Part shown: positions 49,071 to 57,389 of the stretch, one piece after another | Layout of the letters: each line of letters begins with the position of its first letter | How positions within the stretch are numbered: the first letter of the stretch is position 1 | Assembly (NCBI GenBank): GCA_963780545.1 | Contig: CAWACK010000008.1 | Span: 135,988-199,987, forward strand | DNA length: 64,000 bases | DNA from: Candidatus Bathyarchaeota archaeon | GTDB taxonomy: Archaea > Thermoproteota > Bathyarchaeia > TCS64 | Reading direction: 5' to 3' | Made by a program: the position numbers and the translations under genes | The notes under the pieces: generated by a model | The model's database searches: none | What the model was told of the DNA's origin: nothing | The model's input: only the letters and a program-made list of their open reading frames with translations

Positions 49071-49867
49071 TTTTCTTTCACCAATGGGGTGTAACCAGCA
49101 TTTGTTAGTATGGATTTGACTGAACTATAAGAAGGGGAAGATGAGGGCAACTCCAGCAATGATCGCCCTTCAATATTGAATTTTCTTACATCATCATCCG
49201 GAAATATTCTACCCACATATTTGAATGTCTGATTTTTTGCATCGATCTCAAATTCCGGTGAAAATGTGTACCCCCCAACCAAGTAGTAATTTTCAAAGAC
49301 GATTCCAACCTCTCTCATAATCTTATATGTTCTTTTAGCGTTATCAAGACTTTTTTTAGATGCATCAAGTATATTGAAGACATCCTTTACACTCTTTGTT
49401 ATCCTGCGGTTTAGATGTTCGACGCCTGCCGGCGAGTCCACGATAACATACCTATAATTTTTGGCCCAGCGCTCAATTATCTGGCCAAGTGAGTGATCTG
49501 GAAGGCAGTAGCAACCCTCTATCCATTTAGTTCCTACGCCTACGAAGTCGAAAAAGCTTTTACCTTCATATAGAGTCTCTTGGAAAAGGTATGGCTCAAT
49601 TTTATCGGTTGGACTCATGCCAACTTTAGTGGTCATCTTCCTTTCCTCAAGGATCTCAGAAAGGACCTCAGCTATCGATTTCTTTTTCTCTTCTGAAATG
49701 TTGATACCCAACATTTCAGATAGGCTTTCGTCAGGATCTGAGTCGACAAGAAGTATTGGAGTTAAGCCAATTTCTCCGAAATATCGAGTCATTAAAGTTG
49801 TAAACGTGCTCTTGCCGGTTCCGCCTCTTCCTGTGATGACGATGATGTTCTCGTTTTTGTTAGACAT
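49067..49867 (-). CDS. cooC: Second CooC/AcsF family ATPase
   Basis: GRGGTGKS, DSDP, EGCYC, DSPAGVEHLNRR. Confidence 0.88.
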   Translation of the reverse strand: MSNKNENIIVITGRGGTGKSTFTTLMTRYFGEIGLTPILLVDSDPDESLSEMLGINISEEKKKSIAEVLSEILEERKMTTKVGMSPTDKIEPYLFQETLYEGKSFFDFVGVGTKWIEGCYCLPDHSLGQIIERWAKNYRYVIVDSPAGVEHLNRRITKSVKDVFNILDASKKSLDNAKRTYKIMREVGIVFENYYLVGGYTFSPEFEIDAKNQTFKYVGRIFPDDDVRKFNIEGRSLLELPSSSPSYSSVKSILTNAGYTPLVKEK

Positions 49868-49929
49868 TTAGACTATTATAATTAGGAATATTGAGTGTTA
49901 AAGCTTGACCTTTCTAAGTTATTTTTATT

Positions 49930-51777
49930 TTAACTATAGGATGGGAAATATTCTTTATCACCTGGGATGTAAAGGGCTTTCGAATATTCCTCCATGAACT
50001 CGACATCGACTAATAGGTCTACGTATACAGTCTTTATGGCAGCCTCCTTTGCTTCTTTACGTTTTTCATTAGAAAGGAGGGTTAAGTACGCGCCTGATAG
50101 AGAGCCATTACCAATTGGATGTATTTTTGCATTTGGGAACTCAGGCAAAATGCCTAATTTTGTTACGTTTTCCAAGTCTGAGTATGTGCCAAAAGCCCCG
50201 GCAAGGTATATATTATTAACGTCTTTTATGCCAATTTTCAGTTTTTTCATGAGTACTGTGATAGCTCCACAAGCCGCAGCTTTACTATCTATTACATAAT
50301 CTAAATCAACCTGTGTTATCACAATGTCCTGTCCTATCCCCGTTTTATTTGCTGGTATAACAACATACTCCAAACCCCATTTCCCCTCTCTTATGAATCG
50401 GGAAGAACTTGGGATGAATTTCCCTGCAAAATCCATTAACTTAACTCTGTAAAGCTCCGCCACAAGATCGATTAGACCTGAACCACATATACCCTTAGCA
50501 TTACCACCCCCGATCACAGAGTATTCTGCCTCATGAGTCGTGGGATCGATCCTTACATGGTCTATCCCTCCACGCGCAGCTCTCATGCCATGCCTAACGC
50601 CCTCTCCCTCAAATGCGGGACCCGAAGCACATGAACTAGAGAAAAGCCATTGTTTATTACCAAAAATTATCTCTCCGTTTGTACCGAGATCTACGATAAG
50701 GTTGACGCCTTCAGATTTGTGGATATTTGAGGCGAGAATGTCACCGATCGCGTCGCCTCCGAGGAATCTGCTAACATTTGGTAAACAATAAAGATACGCT
50801 TCAGGATGTAGATCAAGCCCAATTGTTTTAGCTTTAACTATGATGGGATCTCTTGAAACATTGACATTCGCTTCTTCGAGGTAGGATGAGTCGGCTCCGA
50901 CAAATAGGTGGTTCATAACGGTATTTCCACCGACGCATACGTCGGTAATAGAGGAGGGGGAAACTCCGGCTTCATATGTTAATTTATCTATTATACTCTT
51001 CACTGTATCGACAGCCGCCTTTTGGAGCCTCAAAAGGCCTTCTCTTTTTAATGCGTAAGATATCCGTGTGACTAATTCCTCTCCATAGGTAATCTGTCTG
51101 TTTAATTCTGATGCCCGACTTAGGACATTTCCGTTATTAAGATCTACAAGTAAACCGACAATTGTTGTGGTGCCTATATCGAATGCTAGACCAAGGTTAA
51201 TCTTTGTGTTATCTCCCCGCTCAATGTCTATGATTTCGGGGTAACCTCTTGCCCTTGAAATAAGGGCTGTTGCCTCAACATCATTTAAGAAGCTCTGTAA
51301 TTTATTGTAAATCTCCTCGCTTGCTCTCGGTTGAACCCCCGTATAATTTCTTAGTTTAATGCTTCTGAAGGGAAAGTTATGATTTATACTGGATTTAGTA
51401 TCGACAAGGAACTTTTGGGAGGGAGGGTCGAGTTTTTGTAATGAAATTTCTGTGTTTAACAGGATCTTTGGGTTTTCTATTCTACTTTCCATCGGAATTG
51501 TAAAGACGCAATCATCCAGAATTGTAACCATACAAGCCAAATAGTATTTTTCTCGAATCTCATTAGGATGAAGTAGTTTATCGGGAAGAGTCGATTTCTT
51601 CTTGATTTTTCCCTTTTCAAGGATTACCTTACATTTACCGCATTCACCCTTTCCTCCACAGAGAGACTCAATCCTGATTTCCTCTCTCCTCATAATATCG
51701 AGAAGATTATCCCCTTTCTCTGCCACTACAACTTTCCCAATGGGGTTGAATATTATTTTAACAGGCAAGGGGATCAT
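49930..51777 (-). CDS. Reductive activator of corrinoid proteins (RACo; 2Fe-2S plus ASKHA domains)
   Basis: CGGKGECGKC...LAC, DIGTTT, DLGTNGE, GPAFEG, GICGSG, LAGAFG. Confidence 0.92.
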   Translation of the reverse strand: MIPLPVKIIFNPIGKVVVAEKGDNLLDIMRREEIRIESLCGGKGECGKCKVILEKGKIKKKSTLPDKLLHPNEIREKYYLACMVTILDDCVFTIPMESRIENPKILLNTEISLQKLDPPSQKFLVDTKSSINHNFPFRSIKLRNYTGVQPRASEEIYNKLQSFLNDVEATALISRARGYPEIIDIERGDNTKINLGLAFDIGTTTIVGLLVDLNNGNVLSRASELNRQITYGEELVTRISYALKREGLLRLQKAAVDTVKSIIDKLTYEAGVSPSSITDVCVGGNTVMNHLFVGADSSYLEEANVNVSRDPIIVKAKTIGLDLHPEAYLYCLPNVSRFLGGDAIGDILASNIHKSEGVNLIVDLGTNGEIIFGNKQWLFSSSCASGPAFEGEGVRHGMRAARGGIDHVRIDPTTHEAEYSVIGGGNAKGICGSGLIDLVAELYRVKLMDFAGKFIPSSSRFIREGKWGLEYVVIPANKTGIGQDIVITQVDLDYVIDSKAAACGAITVLMKKLKIGIKDVNNIYLAGAFGTYSDLENVTKLGILPEFPNAKIHPIGNGSLSGAYLTLLSNEKRKEAKEAAIKTVYVDLLVDVEFMEEYSKALYIPGDKEYFPSYS

Positions 51778-51970
51778 TATAAATCGTATGCGAGCTTAAA
51801 AATTCTAATTAATCCATTATGAAATTTTGGTTTAATAATTTTCCTTAATGGTTAGGGTTAATCTTAAAAATTGTTTCAACATAATGTAATATGTCCGCCT
51901 ATTCACTTAGGATATGTAATGTGAATTATGCGAAGATGTACGAGGTTGACGCTTTAAGAAGGAACTGAAT

Positions 51971-52927
51971 TTGGAAAAATTGAAAATTGCAATGTACTGG
52001 GGTGCAGCGTGTGGTGGCTGCGATATTTCGGTACTGGAGATTGGGGAACATATTCTGGATTTAGTTGCTGTAGCTGATATCGTTTTCTGGCCTGCTGCTT
52101 TGGATTTCAAATATGAAGATGTTGAGAAATTACCTGAAAAATATATCGATGTTTGTTTGTTTAATGGTGCTATTAGAACCTCTGAAAATAAGCATATCGC
52201 GGAGCTCTTGCGGGCGAAATCAAAGGTGCTAATTGCGTTTGGTTCCTGTGCAGTTGAAGGATGTATTCCGGGTTTAGCGAATCTTAAGAAACGTGAAGAT
52301 ATTCTCTCTCGAGTTTTTATAGAAACGCCTACTACTGTTAACCCTCAACGTCAACTTCCCAGAATGAACGTTAATGTGCCGGAGGGAGATCTCGAGTTAC
52401 CAGAGTTCTCAGAGAAAGTAGAGACGTTAGCCCAAGTCGTTGACGTTGATTACTTCATTCCGGGTTGTCCACCTGTAGGTGAGCAGGCGTGGAATGGAAT
52501 CCAGAAACTGATTAGCGGATCTCCACCCCCAAAGAAGTCCTACATTGGGTGTGGAACTAGAGCCTTATGTGAAGAGTGCCCAAGGAAAAGAGAAAAAAAG
52601 AAAATTAAGAAAATATACCGAAATTACCAGTTGATTCCTAATACAGAGGATTGCCTATTGGAACAAGGACTTGTATGTGTCGGTCCCGCTACCAGAGAAG
52701 GTTGCGGTGCTCAGTGCATTAAGGCAAATATGCCTTGTATTGGTTGTTATGGTCCTATTCCTGAAAATAGTGACCAAGGGGCGAAGATGATCTCAGCTTT
52801 AACATCAACGCTTGATGCTGAAAGTGACGTAGAAGCTAAAGCTATTTTAAATGATTTAGTTGACCCGGTTGGGACGTTTTACTACTTCAGTGTGGCTAAT
52901 TCGGTCTTAAAGAGGTCTAAGCCTTGA
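51971..52927 (+). CDS. mvhG: NiFe hydrogenase small subunit, MvhG-like (group 3c type)
   Basis: ACGGC, FGSCA..GC, PGCPP, LCEECPR, CLLEQG..C.GPAT..GC...C....PC.GC. Confidence 0.88.
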   Translation: MEKLKIAMYWGAACGGCDISVLEIGEHILDLVAVADIVFWPAALDFKYEDVEKLPEKYIDVCLFNGAIRTSENKHIAELLRAKSKVLIAFGSCAVEGCIPGLANLKKREDILSRVFIETPTTVNPQRQLPRMNVNVPEGDLELPEFSEKVETLAQVVDVDYFIPGCPPVGEQAWNGIQKLISGSPPPKKSYIGCGTRALCEECPRKREKKKIKKIYRNYQLIPNTEDCLLEQGLVCVGPATREGCGAQCIKANMPCIGCYGPIPENSDQGAKMISALTSTLDAESDVEAKAILNDLVDPVGTFYYFSVANSVLKRSKP

Positions 52928-54378
52928 AAGTAACAATTGATCCTGTTACGAGACTTGAAGGACATGGAAAAATTGAGATCTTTCTTGATGATGAGGGAAA
53001 CGTAGCAAATACCTACCTTCAGATACCTGAATTACGTGGTTTCGAAAAGTTTTGCGAGGGTCGACGAGTCGAGGAGATGCCGAATATTACGTCTCGTATC
53101 TGTGGCGTTTGCCCTGAAGCCCATAGCATGGCTTCACTTAAGGCTCTTGATTCGGTTTTCCAAGTTGAACCCTCTAGCCCAGTAAAAAAAGTTCGTGAAC
53201 TTCTCTATAGTGCATTCCAATTTGCCGATAAAGTGACTAATTTCTATATTCTTTCTGGTCCAGATTTCATCATTGGGCCAGAATCTAATCCTGAAGAACG
53301 GAACATTTTAGGTGTAATTAATAAAGTAGGGAAAGACATCGGAATTTCAGTAATAAAACATCGGTTAATGGGTCATAAAATCATTCAACTTATCGGTGGA
53401 CGTCAAATACATTCAAATTATGCTATCCCAGGTGGAATCAGTAAACCCATTAGTGCTGAAGAGTGCAACGAAATAAGAAAAATGGCTGAAGATATGGTTA
53501 GTTTTTCGAAGTATACACTCAATTTATTTGATGATATTGTTCTCAAAAACCAGAAAACTTTGGACATGATTTTGAGCGAAAATTTCGCAATTAAAACCTA
53601 TTACATGGGTACCGTAGATAAACATAATCGAGTTAATTTTTATGACGGAAATATTCGCATAGTGGACCCCGAAGGAAAAGAGGTAGCAAAATATTCAGAT
53701 GTTGATTACCAGAAATATATCGAAGAACAGGTTGAGCCTTGGACTTATTTGAAATTTCCATATCTGAAGAAAATAGGGTGGAAAGGGCTGGTTGAAGGGG
53801 AAGAAAGCGGAGTTTATAGTGCTTATCCCTTGTCTCGATTTAATGCAGCGGAGGGTATGGCAACACCACTAGCTCAAGAAGAATATAAGAAAATGTATGA
53901 ATCTCTTGGGGGAAAACCTGTACATTATATTTTAGCGGCGCATTGGGCAAGGTTAATAGAGATGATGTATGCTGCCGAAAGGACTTTAGAATTAATTAAT
54001 GACCCTGAAATTACCGAAAAAGATGTTAGACCGATTGTAACAACGACTCCATCGGAGGGTGTAGGTCACGTTGAGGCGCCAAGAGGGACTTTAATACATC
54101 ATTATTTAACCGATGAAAAGGGAATAGTTAAGAAGGTCAACTTAATCGTAGGAACAACTAATAATTATGCACCAATGAACATCTCAATTAAAAAGGCAGC
54201 TAGAAGCGTGATTAAAAATGGTAAGGTTTCAGAGGGTTCTTTAAATAAAATCGAGATGGCTTTAAGAGCTTATGATCCATGTATGGCATGCGCCACACAT
54301 TCGTGGTCGGGTGATGATTCAATTTCAGTAAATATTATAGAAGCTGATGGTAAAATTCTAAAAAGTTATAATATTTAA
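52924..54378 (+). CDS. mvhA: NiFe hydrogenase large subunit, MvhA-like
   Basis: RLEGH, L1 [18 protein letters not shown]2 DPCMACATH followed by a cleavable C-terminal extension. Confidence 0.92.
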   Translation: MKVTIDPVTRLEGHGKIEIFLDDEGNVANTYLQIPELRGFEKFCEGRRVEEMPNITSRICGVCPEAHSMASLKALDSVFQVEPSSPVKKVRELLYSAFQFADKVTNFYILSGPDFIIGPESNPEERNILGVINKVGKDIGISVIKHRLMGHKIIQLIGGRQIHSNYAIPGGISKPISAEECNEIRKMAEDMVSFSKYTLNLFDDIVLKNQKTLDMILSENFAIKTYYMGTVDKHNRVNFYDGNIRIVDPEGKEVAKYSDVDYQKYIEEQVEPWTYLKFPYLKKIGWKGLVEGEESGVYSAYPLSRFNAAEGMATPLAQEEYKKMYESLGGKPVHYILAAHWARLIEMMYAAERTLELINDPEITEKDVRPIVTTTPSEGVGHVEAPRGTLIHHYLTDEKGIVKKVNLIVGTTNNYAPMNISIKKAARSVIKNGKVSEGSLNKIEMALRAYDPCMACATHSWSGDDSISVNIIEADGKILKSYNI

Positions 54379-54431
54379 AATTGATTCTATTAAAAACATA
54401 TTTTTTTTGGGTTAAATATTAGTAAAAATAT

Positions 54432-55091
54432 TTATTCAACTAAATTATTAATTTCGCGTGGCCACTGAGCCTTTTTATAGTCACGTGGTGGATGAAATTT
54501 CTCGAATAAATCTAAACGATCGATCGCTTTAAGCCGTTCATAAATGTCGATCCACGCACATGGTTTTGTATATCCACCTACCTCACATTTTCCTTTAACA
54601 TTCCCTCCGCAAGGACCATTACGAATCTGTTTAGGACACCTAGTGATTGGACAAACACCGCCTGTGTCGGCGAGAATACAATTTCCGCAGGCCCTGCAAC
54701 GCTCAATCATTTTACCTTGCTCTCTTTCCTGTAGTCCATAAAACATCGAGTTCTGTGCAGGGTAGCATGTCTTCTCTGGGAAAACTTCTGTAATTGCTTG
54801 AACCCCGATGCCACAAGCGAAACTGACTATCGTATCCACATCCTCAACTTGGGGACGTAAAGTGGTGGATATTAAATTATTATCGCAAGAGACAGCCACA
54901 GTTGTGGCTTTAATTTCAAGTGTTTGGTTTTTTAGTTTCCCACCCATTTCGATTAGTTTAGCGTATAGAGAAGCTTCCTTCAAGCCTCTTGGGGGTTGAG
55001 TGCAACCGTCACAACCTACAAAGAGAACTTTTTTACTGGATTCCAAAAACCCGAGGATTTCGTCTATCGGTTTAACTTCTGTGATGATCAT
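54432..55091 (-). CDS. metV: Methylenetetrahydrofolate reductase small subunit MetV
   Basis: GCDGC, ACGIGVQ, CRACGNC.L..TGGVCPITRCPK...NGPCGG...GKCE....CAW. Confidence 0.88.
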   Translation of the reverse strand: MIITEVKPIDEILGFLESSKKVLFVGCDGCTQPPRGLKEASLYAKLIEMGGKLKNQTLEIKATTVAVSCDNNLISTTLRPQVEDVDTIVSFACGIGVQAITEVFPEKTCYPAQNSMFYGLQEREQGKMIERCRACGNCILADTGGVCPITRCPKQIRNGPCGGNVKGKCEVGGYTKPCAWIDIYERLKAIDRLDLFEKFHPPRDYKKAQWPREINNLVE

Positions 55092-55092
55092 T

Positions 55093-56368
55093 TCAACTAT
55101 CACCCTTCTCTTTACTTAACTTTAAATTTTTAATCAATAAATTAATGGACCCTGAAAAATCGTCAATGTACTCTGGTCGCACAAAGTCTACAGCTAATTT
55201 GTTATCGATTGAAAGCTGCTTTAAAATAGTCTTTAGATTGTTAATCCGAGCTTCGGCGACTTCATTTCCTTTTATTTTATCCATTTTACAACTATCTTTT
55301 TTACATCCGACCGCTAAGACAGCATCGAATCCATAGTATAAAGCTTGAACAACATGTATCGAATCCATTCTTCCTAAACATGGTAACGGAAGATATGTAA
55401 TATTACTGTCATCTTTATTTTCTGTTACAATGTTTTCCGTATTTATAGATAATTTTGGAAAATTGCACCATTGGCAATACATTACCAAAATATTAGAATG
55501 TTTTTCAAATTCGAAGTTGAATGAAGTGATTTAGAAATACTAACTATTGTATCTTCAATTTGACGTGAATCATATCCTTTCATTCGGATGGTAATTGCTG
55601 GGCAAAGCCCAACACAAACTCCGCATCCAACGCATATATCAGGGTCCACTGAGGGAGTGTCTTTTCCATTTAATTTGATGGCATTATATTTACAAGCATA
55701 CCAACAGTTCATACAAGAAACACAGTTAGACTGATCAATTTCTGCTTTAACTGAGTTCTCTTCAAGAGTCAATAAGATTTGACTCGTATCCTAGATCATT
55801 CATTAAAGATTTTAGGAGTAAGTATCTATAATGCAGTTTTTTGCTGCCCTCTTTATATTTACATAGATCTTCTTCACAAGGTACTAGCACTAGATGTTTC
55901 ACATTTGAAGTTGTAATTTTTAGTATAGTTTCCGGGGAAACTCGTCCGAGACATGGAACTCTTAAAGTTAAATAATCATCTAATATGCGTATTTGTCGAT
56001 AATTTTTTAATTTCATCTGCAGAGGGACCATTTCCTTTACATGCTATAACTAGATTCAATGGACCTTTTCCGATTGATAACTGAGAAATGTGATCAACCA
56101 AAACTCCACTCTCATAATATACAGTTTTAATTGCAGATGATGGGCAGGAGCTTGGGCAGATACCGCAAGCCTGGCATTTATCTGGGTTAATCTTGACTTC
56201 TTCGAGTTTATTTTGTGTAAACTTTCCCTCTATAGCCTCATAAGGGCATGTGGAAATGCAAACCGCACATCTACTACATGCGTCTTGATCGATGCGAACT
56301 GCTAATTCACATTCTTGTGGACTCATTTCTATTCCCGAAACCGTCAATATTTTTACACCACTTTCCAC
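55093..56368 (-). pseudogene. Ferredoxin-MvhD-ferredoxin-MvhD tandem protein split by three frameshifts
   Basis: Two 2x[4Fe-4S] units (CSRCAVCISTCP/CQACGICPSSCP and CVSCMNCWYAC/CVGCGVCVGLCP) alternate with two MvhD-like units (IAC...RVPCLGRV...PCEEDLCKY and YCQWC...PCLGRM...GCKKDSC) across four overlapping ORFs. Confidence 0.8.
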
Positions 56369-56378
56369 ACTTTTTCAA

Positions 56379-57308
56379 TTACATCGTTTCTTTTAGAAGA
56401 GGCTCGAAAATGCGTTCATATAGGACGGCCATGACGTGAATGCCAGCGGCTTTCGTGGTTTTTCTTATCTCTTTGATGAATGGAGCAAAGAATTCCATGT
56501 TAACTTCATCATAAAGCTTGTATTTTCTTTCTTTATCTGGTTCATCCTTTGCCTTTTTCATTTTTTCTAGTAGTTCAGGTGGAACATGGACACCGGGGAT
56601 GTTTTTATCGAAGAAGTCAGCGATACCAAAGGATTTTAGTGGGAACACACCAACTAGAACTGGACAATTATACTTTTCCACTTCTTTTAAGAAGGTTTTC
56701 GTCTTATCAATGTCGAACATCGTCTGAGTCTGTATAAAATCTATTCCAAGTCTAGATTTTCTGCCAATTTTCAAAACTTCTGGTTCCAAAGGATCGGCGT
56801 TAGGATTCGCTCCTACGCCTACGTTTAAATCCACTTTTCCGTGGATCTCGTTTCCCGCAATATCTACTTTCTCATCTATCATTTTATGAAGTAAATAGAC
56901 AAACTGTGTAGAATCAACGTCGTAAACGCTGAGAGCGTCGCGGTTGTCGCCTAAAGAGGTATGATCTCCGGAGATCGCAAGAATATTTTTTATCCCCAGG
57001 TGTGAAGCAGCTAAAACATCAGAAGCAAGAGCAAGCCTGTTACGATCTCTGACTGTCATTTGATAAACTGCTTCTAAGCCAACCTCTTTTTGGATGAAAT
57101 ACGAAGGCACAAGGGAATTCATGTAAGCATAAGCTAACGGGTTATCCGTTACATTTGCGGCAATAACATATGGCTTCATGGCTCTTGCACTGGTCAAAAT
57201 TTCCTCTATGCTGGTCACCTTTTCAGGTTCGAGTTCGCCTGTTAGAACGAACCTACCGGAACGGATCTCATTCACAAGCTTACTATAAGCTGGACGACTG
57301 ACTCCCAT
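56379..57308 (-). CDS. metF: Methylenetetrahydrofolate reductase MetF
   Basis: GELEP, NVTDNP, RDRNRLAL, SGDH, FIQTQ, GIHVM; likely start is ATG 57308. Confidence 0.9.
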   Translation of the reverse strand: MGVSRPAYSKLVNEIRSGRFVLTGELEPEKVTSIEEILTSARAMKPYVIAANVTDNPLAYAYMNSLVPSYFIQKEVGLEAVYQMTVRDRNRLALASDVLAASHLGIKNILAISGDHTSLGDNRDALSVYDVDSTQFVYLLHKMIDEKVDIAGNEIHGKVDLNVGVGANPNADPLEPEVLKIGRKSRLGIDFIQTQTMFDIDKTKTFLKEVEKYNCPVLVGVFPLKSFGIADFFDKNIPGVHVPPELLEKMKKAKDEPDKERKYKLYDEVNMEFFAPFIKEIRKTTKAAGIHVMAVLYERIFEPLLKETM

Positions 57309-57389
57309 GGTGTAATAGATATTTATTCTCTTTATAATATTTATAACAAAGTTCGTAGAGGTTAGTTGATACAACCAGGTTGTGAACAA
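57309..57389. promoter_or_regulatory. Compact divergent promoter region between metF and cdhA
   Basis: TTTATAATATTTATAA at 57331-57346 offers TATA-like boxes readable on both strands. Confidence 0.6.

Noticed and set aside
51971..56368. Selenocysteine in the hydrogenase or MvhD-like domains
   Set aside because: The relevant ligands are ordinary Cys codons (DPCMAC, PCLGR, GC...C); the breaks are frameshifts, not in-frame TGA at ligand positions.
57309..57389. Apparent head-to-head overlap of the metF and cdhA ORFs in the track
   Set aside because: Artefact of choosing the most upstream starts; ATG 57308 and TTG 57390 leave a promoter gap.
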